Assembly: GCA_950097015.1 (NCBI GenBank)
Contig: CATNEN010000025.1
Coordinates: 9,052,001 to 9,116,000, forward strand
Origin: Macrostomum hystrix
Taxonomy: Eukaryota > Animalia > Platyhelminthes
Length of the DNA stretch: 64,000 bases
Direction: 5' to 3'
The translations under genes were made by a program, and so were the position numbers. Under the pieces are notes generated by a model. It made no database searches. It was not told where the DNA came from and worked only from the letters and a program-made list of their open reading frames with translations. How positions within the stretch are numbered: the first letter of the stretch is position 1; the number at the start of each line of letters is the position of its first letter. Below, one piece after another: positions 50,301 to 62,380 of this stretch.

Positions 50301-53300
50301 ACTCATGCTCAAACACTGGCTTCAGGTCGATGCTAGTCACCGTCACCTTGTGCCATCCATCGTCGGAGGGTATCGAAACGGAGTTAGGCACATCAAGCTG
50401 AGTGCTTTGCAGTCGCTGCGTCTGAAATAATATGAACAATGAACTTAGAACATTTCGTGGAAGTAAAATTCGGGAAGTTTGTGAAGTTTTGAGGTAGCTG
50501 AAGAGCGCGAAAGACGGAGAAGTGAGGTTGGCGGGGAGTGAGGTTGTCGGGAAGTGAGTTGGCGTGGAGTGGGGTTGGCGGGGAGTGAGGTTGTCTGGGA
50601 GTGGGATTGTTGGGGAGTGAGGTTGTCGGGAAGTGAGTTGGCGTGGAGTGGGGTTGGCGGGGAGTGAGGTTGTCGGGGAGTGGGATTGTTGGGGAGTGAG
50701 GTTGTCGGGAAGTGTGGTTTTCATGGAAGTGAGGTTGGCGAGGAGTGAAGTTTTTGGGGGAGTGAGGTTGGTCGGGGGTGAGGTTGTCGGGAAGTGAGGT
50801 TGGCGGGGAGTGAGGTTGTCGGGAAGTGAGTTGGCGTGGAGTGGGGTTGGCGGGGAGTGAGGTTTTCGGGGAAGTGAGGTTGGTGGAGGGTGAGGTTGAT
50901 GAGGAGTGATTTTGGCGGAGAGTGAGGTTGGTGGGGATTGAGGTTGGCGTGTAGTGAGGTTAGCGGGGAGTTAGGTTGGCGCAATAGAGAGATATATTTT
51001 AGAATGATAATTAAGCGCAATTAAATGTAAACAATGAAGAATATTCTTGCAAACAGGTTCGTTAGCGTCTAAAAATCATATATTTATCTGCATCCCATTT
51101 CTCCTACACTAACCGAGGTCATCGATATCTTCTCATTGCACAGCAGTTAGAAAATCGACTAGTGAGTGGTATACATATGGACCTAATTTATAGCTTTGCA
51201 TATCGACCTCTTCCAGAGAAACCGGTCGAGCCCTTAAAACTCTGGAGTGTGCGCGCAGTCTAGCATTTGATTAACTGCTAAGGGCGAAAGTTTGCTGAGG
51301 CAGGCCGTGCAAGATGAGTGGCAAGAACAAAAAAGAAGCTTGTGCAGGAGAATCCACATGGCCGTATTAGCCATGGCTAATTGACCAACAGAATTTTCCC
51401 ACTCTGGGAACACGCTGCGTCTCGAGTTTCCGTCCCGTCTGTCCAGGCAAAGCATCCCCTTCCTACTAAAGCCGCCCTGCTCCCCACTAAGCTGTGCTCA
51501 GAGTAAGAAAAATCTATGCCAATGTCAGTAAGTGCTTGGTTGGAGAAATTTGTGAGAAGGGAATCAGAGTCGTAAAGCAAACTCCGTCGAAGGAGGAGCA
51601 GTAAAATTTACCTCGCTGTTTATTGCCGCCTGAGTCTCGTCAGAACCCGCCGCTGCCGGTGTGGAATCCGCGGACTCGGCAATCGGTTCCGGCTGCTGCT
51701 GCTGATGCTTGCTGCCGCTTCCGCTGGCTTTTTTCCCTGTTGGCGTCACTTTCTGAGCTGTCGTTCTGCGTGGGACATTTTTAAGCGATGACGTCAGCTG
51801 AGCCTTTGAGTCTTTGGTCTTGCGATAATTGAGCTAATTTTCACTTATAGGGGCTATTCATTTTATAGCGGCTTAGTTAATTGCGGCATGCGACTCACAA
51901 TTGCTCACAATTCTCTCGCTAAAATCCGGGTGCGATAATTTCGGCCCCTAATTTTTCAACCCTGTTGCGCAATTGATCGCATAATCATTAGACAGCTGCT
52001 ATAGGTAGACAATATGAGCTAAACACTGACACAAGGAAATGAGGATTAGAAAGAACCACCAAGGGGTACCTTCTTCTTGAGTGCTAGCAATAGCCGAATG
52101 CGCATAGGGCTCAGATAACTTCCCCAGTTCCTTAGGCTTCATACTGTGCCTCATTTCCTTCGCTCTCCCACAGTGTGTCGCTGTGCCATCCCTCCCTCAA
52201 CCAAGGAACAGCCAAAAGCCGCACGGATGTTTCAGGGGATCAAAAGAAATTCTCTTCTTTTTCCCCACAGTTCTATAGTTTCCCCGGGGGACTGGGAAGA
52301 TTCTGGGATACGGGAAATATGATGGGGGAGAATATTGCATTAGTCCCTTGGGGCTTACGGGGTGACACTAGACAGAATATGATTGCCCAATCCTTCACAG
52401 TGAAGCACTGACGAGGAAGCTGAATGTATTTTCATTCACAAGCTATCTAAAATTTTACTGTCCTATGGGAATACAATTTCGAAATCGTCTTGGGATTTTT
52501 TAATTAACAAACGATTTCCATTCTCATTCAATAATGGAAACAACTGAGCTTTTATCCGTTTACATTGGCAAAAATGATGCCAACTTCCTAAATTCTTCTA
52601 AAACGTCTCGCAATTCTATAAAAGGCGTGGCTTTTCTTTCAAACTGAGGTAGCCCACAAGACCTCAATGCACCGGCAACTCGACTACGCAGTTTCTTTAA
52701 ATCGAATCCCTTACCGAAAGCCCTATGTAATCTCAGCACTCCAAGTCCAATCAGATCACCTATAACCGTATTGAAAATTCCAGCCTGACAAATAAACACC
52801 CACCCAACCTCCGAGCACCCACCCAACCTCCGAGCACCCACCCAACCTCCGAGCACTCACCCAACCTCCGAACACCCACTCAACCTCCGAGCACCCACCC
52901 AACCTCCGAGCACTCACCCAACCTCCGAACACCCACTCAACCTCCGAGCACCCACCCAACTTCCGAACACCCACCCAACCTCCGAGCAACCATCCAACCT
53001 CCGGGCACCCACCTAACTTCCGAGCACCCACCCAACCTCCGAGCACCCACCCAACCTCCGAGCACCCACTCAACCTCCGAGCACCCACTCAACCTCCGAG
53101 CACCCACCCAACCTCCGAGCACTCACCCAACCTCCGAACACCCACTCAACCTCCGAGCACCCACCCAACTTCCGAACACCCACCCAACCTCCGAGCACTC
53201 ACCCAACCTCCGAGCACCCACTCAACCTCCGAGCACCCACTCAACCTCCGAGCACCCACCCAACCTCCGAGCACTCACCCAACCTCCGAGCACCCACTCA

Positions 53301-56300
53301 ACCTCCGAGCACCCACCCAACCTCCGAACACCCACTCAACCTCCGAGCACCCACTCAACCTCCGAGCACCCACCCAACCTCCGAGCACTCACCCAACCTC
53401 CGAACACCCACTCAACCTCCGAGCACCCACCCAACTTCCGAACACCCACCCAACCTCCGAGCAACCATCCAACCTCCGGGCACCCACCTAACTTCCGAGC
53501 ACCCACCCAACCTCCGAGCACCCACCCAACCTCCGAGCACCCACCCAACTTCCGAACACCCACTCAACCTCCGAGCAACCTCCCAACCTCAGAACACCCA
53601 CCCCACCTCCGAACACCCACCCCACATCCACCATTCCTCGCCCGACCGCTCACCCGCGTCCAGCGCAGCGAGAGAACTGAGCCCGTTGAGCCGCCGCAGC
53701 TGGCGCGGAGCCGCCAACGCCCGGCCGGCTGGTGGACAGGCTGACCCGGGCGCCGGTCCAGGCCTCGCCAGTCTGCTGCTGCACCATGCCGTGGTAGACA
53801 ATCTGCGACGAAAAAAAAATCGCATGGGAAATCAGCATCTATAGAAAAACTTTTGTCAATTAAGAAAACCTACCTGCAGAATCGACTCGTTGCTATGGAC
53901 GCGAATGTCGTATCTAGGCGTCCATTTGGCCCTGGAGACAATGTAGGAGAGCTGCATCTCGATGTCGGCGGCCTGGCGACTCTCTACGTAGACCCGGATC
54001 TCCCTAGAGGTGAATGTCAGAGTGCATCGATTTAGCTGACTAGACACTCCGTCCTACCCTTCCTTGTCACCTCCTCCCATACCCTGTCTCCTCCTCCCAT
54101 ACCCTGTCTCCTCCTCCCATACCCTGTCTCCTCCTCCCATTCCCTGTCTCCTCCTCCCATACCCTGTCTCCTCCTCCCATACGCCTTGTCTCCTCCTCCC
54201 ATACCCTGTCTCCTCCTCCCATTCCCTGTCTCCTCCTCCCATACCCTGTCTCCTCCTCCCATTCCCTGTCTCCTCCTCCCATTCCCTGTCTCCTCCTCCC
54301 ATTCCCTGTCTCCTCCTCCCACACCCTGTCTCCTCCTCCCATACCTTGTCTCCTCCTCCCATACCCCTTGTCTCCTCCTCCCATACCCTGTCTCCTCCTC
54401 CCATACCCTGTCTCCTCCTCCCATACCCTGTCTCCTCCTCCCATACCTTGTCTCCTCCTCCCATACCCTGTCTCCTCCTCCCATACCCCTTGTCTCCTCC
54501 TCCCATACCCTGTCTCCTCCTCCCATACCCTGTCTCCTCCTCCCATACCTTGTCTCCTCCTCCAATACCCTGTCTCCTCCTCCCATACCTTGTCTCCTCC
54601 TCACTTACCCTGTCTCCTCCTCCGCATGGCAACTAGCAAAACGAACAAATCAAAGAGTTGTTTCGATCGAATAAAGATGCCTTCAATGTTATTTTAGTTT
54701 TAATGCAAAAATTACGCCATATAGGTTTTCTCAGCATTCCAGGCCGCAGGCTGGGCTTGTGGGTTGAGCTGGGGGGCAGCTTGTGCTAGTCGTAAATCTG
54801 TTTTCTAGAAATAGGGAAAAACCACTCTGCAGCACAGCAGGCTGTGGGCAATCAGTCAGTCAGTTGGATTGTTGGATTCGGGATTTTTATCCCCCCGGAC
54901 TATCCTTTATCGTTGGCATAGCCGCACGCCAGTGCCATTTATCAGCACTTTGATAAAAAAAGTACAGAAAATTCAGCCCTATTGGACGTTCAAATTTGCC
55001 AAATTATTGAACGCTGCGCTGCTAATTAGCAGTTTGGAAATCCAAGACTTGATTTTCTCACCTGTGCATCAGTTCGCCGAATTCCACTTCAATATCTCGC
55101 AGGCGCGCTTCGAGTTTCTCGATGGCCTCGCGGTGACGCGCGAGTGCCTCCCGCGCCTCTGTCGCCTCCTCGTCTAGCCGCGCAGCCTGGGCATCGTACA
55201 GTTCAAAGAAGCCGCTCAAAGTTGCCACCCGCCTTGGATCGTACGGGCCCTGGAGTGCGGGAAATCTGATTAAATGATATTCCCTGATTATAATCCCCTT
55301 TCCCTGATTCTAAACTCCCCTTCCCTGATTCTTAACTCCCCTTCCCTGATTCTTAACTCCCCTTCCCTGATTCTTAACTCCCCTTCCCTGATTCTTAACT
55401 CCCCTTCCCTGATTCTAAACTCCCCTTCCCTGATTCTTAACTCCCCTTCCCTGATTCTTAACTCCCCTTCCCTGATTCTTAACTCCCCTTCCCTGATTCT
55501 AAACTCCCCTTCCCTGATTCTTAACTCCCCTTCCCTGATTCTTAACTCCCCTTCCCTGATTCTAAACTCCCCTTCCCTGATTCTTAACTCCCCTTCCCTG
55601 ATTCTTAACTCCCCTTCCCTGATTCTTAACTCCCCTTCCCTGATTCTTAACTCCCCTTCCCTGATTCTTAACTCCCCTTCCCTGATTCTAAACTCCCCTT
55701 CCCTGATTCTTAACTCCCCTTCCCTGATTCTTAACTCCCCTTCCCTGATCCTTAACTCCCCTTCCCTGATTCTTAACTCCCCTTCCCTGATTCTAAACTC
55801 CCCTTCCCTGATTCTTAACTCCCTTTCCCTGATTCTTAACTCCCCTTCCCTGATTCTTAACTCCCCTTCCCTGATTCTTAACTCCCCTTCCCTGATTCTT
55901 AACTCCCCTTCCCTGATTCTAAACTCCCCTTCCCTGATTCTAAACCCCCCTTCCCTGATTCTTAACTCCCCTTCCCTGATTCTTAACTCCCCTTCCCTGA
56001 TTCTTAACTCCCCTTCCCTGATTCTTAACTCCCCTTCCCTGATTCTTAACTCCCCTTCCCTGATTCTAAACTCCCCTTCCCTGATTCTTAACTCCCCTTC
56101 CCTGATTCTTAACTCCCCTTCCCTGATTCTTAACTCCCCTTCCCTGATTCTTAACTCCCCTTTCCTGATTCTTAACTCCCCTTCCCTGATTCTTAACTCC
56201 CCTTCCCTGATTCTTAACTCCCCTTCCCTGATTCTTAACTCCCCTTCCCTGATCCTTAACTCCCCTTCCCTGATTCTTAACTCCCCTTCCCTGATTCTTA

Positions 56301-59300
56301 ACTCCCCTTCCCTGATTCTAAACTCCCCTTCCCTGATTCTTAACTCCCCTTCCCTGATTCTTAACTCCCCTTCCCTGATTCTAAACTCCCCTTCCCTGAT
56401 TCTTAACTCCCCTTCCCTGATTCTTAACTCCCCTTCCCTGATTCTTAACTCCCCTTCCCTGATTCTTAACTCCCCTTCCCTGATTCTTAACTCCCCTTCC
56501 CTGATTCTTAACTCCCCTTCCCTGATTCTAAACTCCCCTTCCCTGATTCTTAACTCCCCTTCCCTGATCCTTAACTCCCCTTCCCTGATTCTTAACTCCC
56601 CTTCCCTGATTCTAAACTCCCCTTCCCTGATTCTTAACTCCCTTTCCCTGATTCTTAACTCCCCTTCCCTGATTCTTAACTCCCCTTCCCTGATTCTTAA
56701 CTCCCCTTCCCTGATTCTTAACTCCCCTTCCCTGATTCTAAACTCCCCTTCCCTGATTCTTAACTCCCCTTCCCTGATTCTTAACTCCCCTTCCCTGATT
56801 CTAAACTCCCCTTCCCTGATTCTTAACTCCCCTTCCCTGATTCTTAACTCCCCTTCCCTGATTCTTAACTCCCCTTCCCTGATTCTTAACTCCCCTTCCC
56901 TGATTCTTAACTCCCCTTCCCTGATTCTTAACTCCCCTTCCCTGATTCTTAACTCCCCTTCCCTGATTCTAAACTCCCATTCCCTAATTCTAAACTCCCC
57001 TTCCCTGATTCTTAACTCCCCTTCCCTGATTCTTAACTCCCCTTCCCTGATTCTAAACTCCCCTTCCCTGATTCTTAACTCCCCTTCCCTGATTCTTAAC
57101 TCCCCTTCCCTGATTCTAAACTCCCCTTCCCTGATTCTTAACTCCCCTTCCCTGATTCTTAACTCCCCTTCCCTGATTCTTAACTCCCCTTCCCTGATTC
57201 TTAACTCCCCTTCCCTGATTCTTAACTCCCCTTCCCTGATTCTTAACTCCCCTTCCCTGATTCTAAACTCCCCTTCCCTGATTCTTAACTCCCCTTCCCT
57301 GATCCTTAACTCCCCTTCCCTGATTCTTAACTCCCCTTCCCTGATTCTAAACTCCCCTTCCCTGATTCTTAACTCCCTTTCCCTGATTCTTAACTCCCCT
57401 TCCCTGATTCTTAACTCCCCTTCCCTGATTCTTAACTCCCCTTCCCTGATTCTTAACTCCCCTTCCCTGATTCTTAACTCCCCTTCCCTGATTCTTAACT
57501 CCCCTTCCCTGATTCTTAACTCCCCTTCCCTGATTCTTAACTCCCCTTCCCTAATTCTAAACTCCCATTCCCTGATTCTAAACTCCCCTTCCCTGATTCT
57601 AAACTCCCCTTCCCTGATTCTAAACTCCCCTTCCCTGATTCTTAACTCCCCTTCCCTGATTCTTAACTCCCCTTCCCTGATTCTTAACTCCCCTTCCCTG
57701 ATTCTTAACTCCCCTTCCCTGATTCTTAACTCCCCTTCCCTGATTCTAAACTCCCCTTCCCTGATTCTTAACTCCCCTTCCCTGATTCTTAACTCCCCTT
57801 CCCTGATCCTTAACTCCCCTTCACCGATTATAATCCCCATCTCCCCTGATTCTAATCCCCATCTCCCCTGATTATAATCCCCATCTCCCCTGATTCTAAT
57901 CCCCATCTCCCCTGATTCTAATCCCCATCTCCCCTGATTATAATCCCCATCTCCCCTGATTCTAATCCCCATCTCCCCTGATTATAATCCCCATCTCCCC
58001 TGATTATAATCCCCATCTCCCCTGATTATAATCCCCATCTCCCCTGATTATAATCCCCATCTCCCCTGATTATAATCCCCATCTCCCCTGATTCTAATCC
58101 CCATCTCCCCTGATTCTAATCCCCATCTCCCCTGATTATAATCCCCATCTCCCCTGATTCTAATCCCCATCTCCCCTGATTATAATCCCCATCTCCCCTG
58201 ATTATAATCCCCATCTCCCCTGATTATAATCCCCATCTCCCCTGATTCTAATCCCCATCTCCCCTGATTCTAATCCCCATCTCCCCTGATTCTAATCCCC
58301 ATCTCCCCTGATTCTAATCCCCATCTCCCCTGATTCTAATCCCCATCTCCCCTGATTCTTATCCGCCTTCTGTTGTTGTCTCCCCCTCCACTGAAATCTC
58401 CCGATTCACTCAAAATCCAATTTGTATCGGGGCGCTCACGCTGCATTCCGCCGGCATCGGCTGCTTCGCCAGCGCGTCAGCGTAGCTGGCCAAAACCTCG
58501 CTCTGCTTCAGCGCCCTGTCCAGCCTGCTGGCTGCGTTTGCCGCCGCCCGACGCTCCCTGTCCAGTTCCGCCGCCGCCTCCGCCTTGTCGGCCGCCCGTC
58601 GCGCCTCCTCTGGCTGGCTGGGCGCGGCCGAGAATGAAACGTCAGAGATGCTGGCGGCTCCTGACAGCTCCACCCTGGCATGGACGATGGTGATTGTTAC
58701 GAAAAACCGTTCGACATTCGACACTTTGGGATATTCTTCCCATTAACTCACTACCTTTTCAGTCTCACTCTCCCTCTAAGTCTCACACTCTCCCTCTCAG
58801 TCTCACAATCTCCCTCTAAGTCTCACACTCTCCGTCTCAGTCTCAAACTCTCCCTCTCAGTCTCAAACTCTCCCTCTCAATCTCAAACTCTCCCTCTCAG
58901 TCTCACACTCTCCCTCTCAGTCTCACACTCTCCCTCAAAGTCTCCCACTCTCCTCTCAGTCTCACACTCTCCCTCAAAGTCTCCCACTCTCCTCTCAGTC
59001 TCAAACTCTCCCTCTCAGTCTCACACTCTCCCTCTCAGTCTCACACTCTCCCTCAAAGTCTCCCACTCTCCTCTCAGTCTCACACTCTCCCTCTCAGTCT
59101 CACACTCTCCCTCTCAATCTCAAACTCTCCCTCAAAGTCTCCCACTCTCCTCTCAGTCTCACACTCTCCCTCTCAGTCTCACACTCTCCCTCAAAGTCTC
59201 CCACTCTCCTCTCAGTCTCAAACTCTCCCTCTCAGTCTCACACTCTCCGTCTCAATCTCAAACTCTCCCTCTCAGTCTCACACTCTCCCTCTCAGTCTCA

Positions 59301-60169
59301 CACTCTCCCTCAAAGTCTCCCACTCTCCTCTCAGTCTCACACTCTCCCTCAAAGTCTCCCACTCTCCTCTCAGTCTCAAACTCTCCCTCTCAGTCTCACA
59401 CTCTCCCTCTCAGTCTCACACTCTCCCTCAAAGTCTCCCACTCTCCTCTCAGTCTCACACTCTCCCTCTCAGTCTCACACTCTCCCTCTCAATCTCAAAC
59501 TCTCCCTCAAAGTCTCCCACTCTCCTCTCAGTCTCACACTCTCCCTCTCAGTCTCACACTCTCCCTCAAAGTCTCCCACTCTCCTCTCAGTCTCACACTC
59601 TCCCTCTAAGTCTCACACTCTCCCTCTCAGTCTCAAACACTCCCTCTCCCCGGATCTCACCTGACGGAGTCGCCGTCGATGGCGGCAGTCAGGTCGCGCA
59701 GCAGCACCTCGGTCTCGCCAGCGCGGGATCTGAATCGCAGCACTCGCCTGACCTCGGCCTTGTCTCGGTAGACAATGACGGACTCCACTGGGCAGTCGGG
59801 CGCGCTGAATTCAAATTTCGGCGGCCCGTCCTCCAGGGCCGGCTCGGCGGGCTGGACGGACTCGACCGTCTCCTCCGCCTCGATCCCATTGTACGAGATC
59901 ATCGCTTCTTCGGCTTCCGCGAGCGCCTCCGTCGCCAACGAAGCCGGCAACGGTGGTAGAGGCGACGGCGGCGCCGGCTGCGAATGAGAGGCCTCGTTTG
60001 GTTCGGCGTCCGACTCTGCCGCTACTTCAGTCGCCGCCACTGCCTCGGCCTCATCCTCCTGAATCGCAGCATCGCATGCGCTCTCCAAGCCGTTGCTGTC
60101 GCTGATCATCTCGGCCCGCTCGTCCGTTTGTCTCCGGCTGCTGGAGGGGATAAATGGTGCCGGGTTCAT
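47388..60169 (-). CDS. DUF4140 + coiled coil + DUF4139 protein (C. elegans F37C4.5-like), 8 exons, ~677 aa
   Basis: Exons 60169-59661 (VESVIVYRDKAEVRR...DGDSVR), 58674-58440, 55249-55062, 54003-53874 (LSYIVSRAKWTPRYDIRV), 53802-53654 (VQQQTGEAWTGARVSLSTSRP), 51765-51612, 50421-50185 (SIPSDDGWHKV...TNSSPYALLPGPANIFVDGCFVG), 47819-47388 (LGADRGIRV...EPLP...WELELAPGETREL). Total 2034 nt with all phases consistent. Confidence 0.9.
47930..48065 (-). mobile_element. Diverged SINE family 2 fragment
   Basis: Minus strand reads CATTGCTTCATGTGATCCAGCTGTTAATTGG...CAGTCCACGGACTGAAC. Confidence 0.55.
49185..50100. repeat. Intronic minisatellite, 18-bp unit GTGCCAGGAGTGAGG(TTA/CTA/TGG)
   Basis: Tandem repeat with a one-off interruption at ~49648-49665. 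Confidence 0.97.
50518..50980. repeat. Degenerate G-rich intronic minisatellite (GGGAGTGAGGTTG core)
   Basis: Irregular tandem units of ~15 bp. Confidence 0.85.
52795..53625. repeat. Intronic minisatellite, 19-bp unit CCAACCTCCGAGCACCCAC
   Basis: Period 19 at 52805/52824/52843. Confidence 0.97.
54060..54622. repeat. Intronic minisatellite, 20-bp unit CCATACCCTGTCTCCTCCTC
   Basis: Tandem repeat visible. Confidence 0.97.
55285..57830. repeat. Intronic minisatellite, 21-bp unit CTGATTCTTAACTCCCCTTCC (~120 copies)
   Basis: Tandem repeat; the variant CCCTTTCCC recurs at 55821/56640/57375. Confidence 0.98.
57825..58360. repeat. Related 22-bp minisatellite ATAATCCCCATCTCCCCTGATT abutting the 21-bp array
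   Basis: Period 22 at 57964/57986/58008. Confidence 0.97.
58758..59645. repeat. Intronic minisatellite, 18-20-bp unit CACTCTCCCTCTCAGTCTCA
   Basis: Fills intron 58675-59660. Confidence 0.95.
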
Positions 60170-60508
60170 CGCGATGGGATGTCAGGAGCTGAAATACAAG
60201 CCGCTGGACTTGGGGGGTGGGGATGGGCTATTGGGTGAGGGGAATGCGGGGTCAGATGGCCGGGATGTGGAAAACTCCCCCCACCGCGCCAGCATGTAGC
60301 CAGAGCCAATGAGGCGGTTGGGTCCTTCGGGAACTGCGTACTGGGGAGAATTGGCTAGTCCATGGGCTCGAAGATAAGAGGCTGAATGAGATGCAAATCA
60401 TCTGAAAAGCTTCACATTGCAGTGAGGTGCGGGACTCTTCATCGACAAAAAATAGAGACACGAGTTGGTAGGAGAACAGCCTGAGCATTGATAGATGTGA
60501 TCGTTCCG

Positions 60509-60553
<45 letters not shown>

Positions 60554-60558
60554 ACACA
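60509..60558. repeat. (CA)n microsatellite
   Basis: Direct observation. Confidence 0.95.
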
Positions 60559-60819
60559 ATCGCACATTGACAATACTTTGTAGCTGCTCCATCATCAGAT
60601 GGGCTGCCTGAAAGCTCTATTTTTACCTGACACCTAGACAATTATGCCAATTTATGAGCAGCACATATGTGGGGAAAAAATATAATCGTAATAGAATTTC
60701 ATATGCGTTTGCGAGTAGCTATTTAGCTAGTTCAGTATAATTTACTCTATGCATTATGGTCTATTCTTGTCCCCTATGTGCCCCCCACACTGTGTGGGAA
60801 ATCATGTTGGATTTTTTTA

Positions 60820-61352
60820 TGTCACTCTCTCTCCTCTATCTGGCACTCTCTCTCCTTCTCTGTCTGTCACTCTCCTTCTATGTCTGTCAGCCTCTCTCCT
60901 TCTCTGTCTGTCACTCTCCTTCTATGTCTGTCAGTCTCTCTCCTTCTCTGTCTGTTTGTCACTCTCCTTCTCTGTCTGTCTGTCACTCTCCTTCTCTGTC
61001 TGTCACTCTCTCTCCTTCTCTGTCTGTCACTCTCCTTCTCTGTCTGTCACTCTCTTTCTCTGTCTATCACTCTCTCTCCTTCTCTGTCTGTCTGTCACTC
61101 TCCTTCTCTGTCTGTCAGTCTCTCTCCTTCTCTGTCTGTCAGTCTCTCTCCTTCTCTGTCTGTCACTCTCCTTCTCTGTCTGTCTGTCACTCTCCTTCTC
61201 TGTCTGTCAGTCTCTCTCCTTCTCTGTCTGTCAGTCTCTCTCCTTCTCTGTCTGTCACTCTCCTTCTCTGTCTGTCTGTCACTCTCCTTCTCTGTCTGTC
61301 AGTCTCTCTCCTTCTCTGTCTGTCAGTCTCTCTCCTTCTCTGTCTGTCACTC
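60820..61352. repeat. CT-rich minisatellite (TCTCTGTCTGTCACTCTCCT, 20-24 bp)
   Basis: Tandem repeat upstream of the DUF4139 gene. Confidence 0.93.
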
Positions 61353-61839
61353 TCCAAAAGCTGTGTGCTCCCTGCAAATCAATAAATGGCATTGTTTTTG
61401 ATTCATGACTTACTCTTCTCTCTCTCTATCGTATGAGATTGGCCACTAGCGCGTGATAGCAGTTTGAAAATAAAAATGAAAGGCCTAGTTCCTCCTAATG
61501 AAATCTTCAAGGTCGTTATTGAACTGTACATTTGTCGGCTTCCCTTTTCCCTTCAAGGAAAAGCCCGGGGCCTGTTCCGGTGTCTGCGGCTGAATCATGT
61601 TCCCGGCAGGGTCGCGATTTCCCAACCCCAACCAGCTGTTTTCCCTTTCTCCTCTAAATGCGTCTATCGTTTTTTCTATGCCAGCTACATATTAGTCATC
61701 ACTCCTAATTTCATTGAAAGAACACTGCGCGCTACTACACAAAGTAGTGTGAGTGGAGTTTTTACTTCACTATAAGTGGAATTCATTAAAAAGAAATGCT
61801 AATTTGCAGGGGGCTCTGTGCACTGACGCATGCCTCGGT

Positions 61840-61950
61840 GACAGTAGACCCGCAGCCAGCGAGCAGGCAATTCTGCCCCATTCCACTTACACCCAGAGTA
61901 CAAACTCTCGCAGGTGTGTACATCTAATCCTGACTTTCACACAAAAACCA
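61840..61950 (-). mobile_element. Partial SINE family 1 copy
   Basis: CGCAGCCAGCGAG...CAATTCTGCCCCATTCCAC...CAGGTGTGTACA...CCTGACTTTC matches 62130-62220. Confidence 0.6.
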
Positions 61951-62051
61951 CTTATGAGTAGAAGGATGAAAAACTAGGTTTCTTAGAAAATATTTAGGAT
62001 GCTGGTTTTGGCCGAAAAATACGGCTGTTGACTTGTTTTATTTAAAAGAAT

Positions 62052-62052
62052 G

Positions 62053-62087
<35 letters not shown>

Positions 62088-62380
62088 TACCGGACGGCTG
62101 CAGACAATGCAACATCATTTGGTGACACTAGATACGCAGCCAGCGAGTTGGTAATTCGGCCCATTTCACTGACTCCTGAGCATACGCTCACACAGGTGTG
62201 TACACCTGTCCTGACTTTCTAATCGTCAGGCAGTGTACACTTTTACTGCGCCTTGGAGGTTGGCCCTAAAGGGCTTAAATTGCACGACAAGCCCCCAAGC
62301 CTTCTCTACGCGGCTGCGCCTCAAAAATAATTGCGGCATTGCCGCGAAATCGAGCTCAGGGACCTTGGTGCGAGAGGCTT
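62052..62380 (-). mobile_element. 5'-truncated SINE family 1 copy with a (TAA)n tail
   Basis: Reverse complement aligns to 36290-36600, including CTAGTGTCACCAAATGATG and the ATT tail. Confidence 0.82.

Noticed and set aside
52560-52790. Protein-like minus-strand ORF (GDLIGLGVLRLHRAFGKGF...) within a DUF4139 intron
   Set aside because: No splice sites of the required phase 2 found, the gene model is complete without it, and no family was recognised.
55274-57972. 865-aa and 894-aa ORFs (LILNSPS)n / (IREGEL)n, and similar long ORFs at 1237, 2735, 5262, 17811, 19600, 21111, 24604, 25622, 49125, 54032, 58680 and 60749
   Set aside because: These are translations of tandem repeats lacking stops; most lie inside introns of well-supported genes and several are open on both strands.
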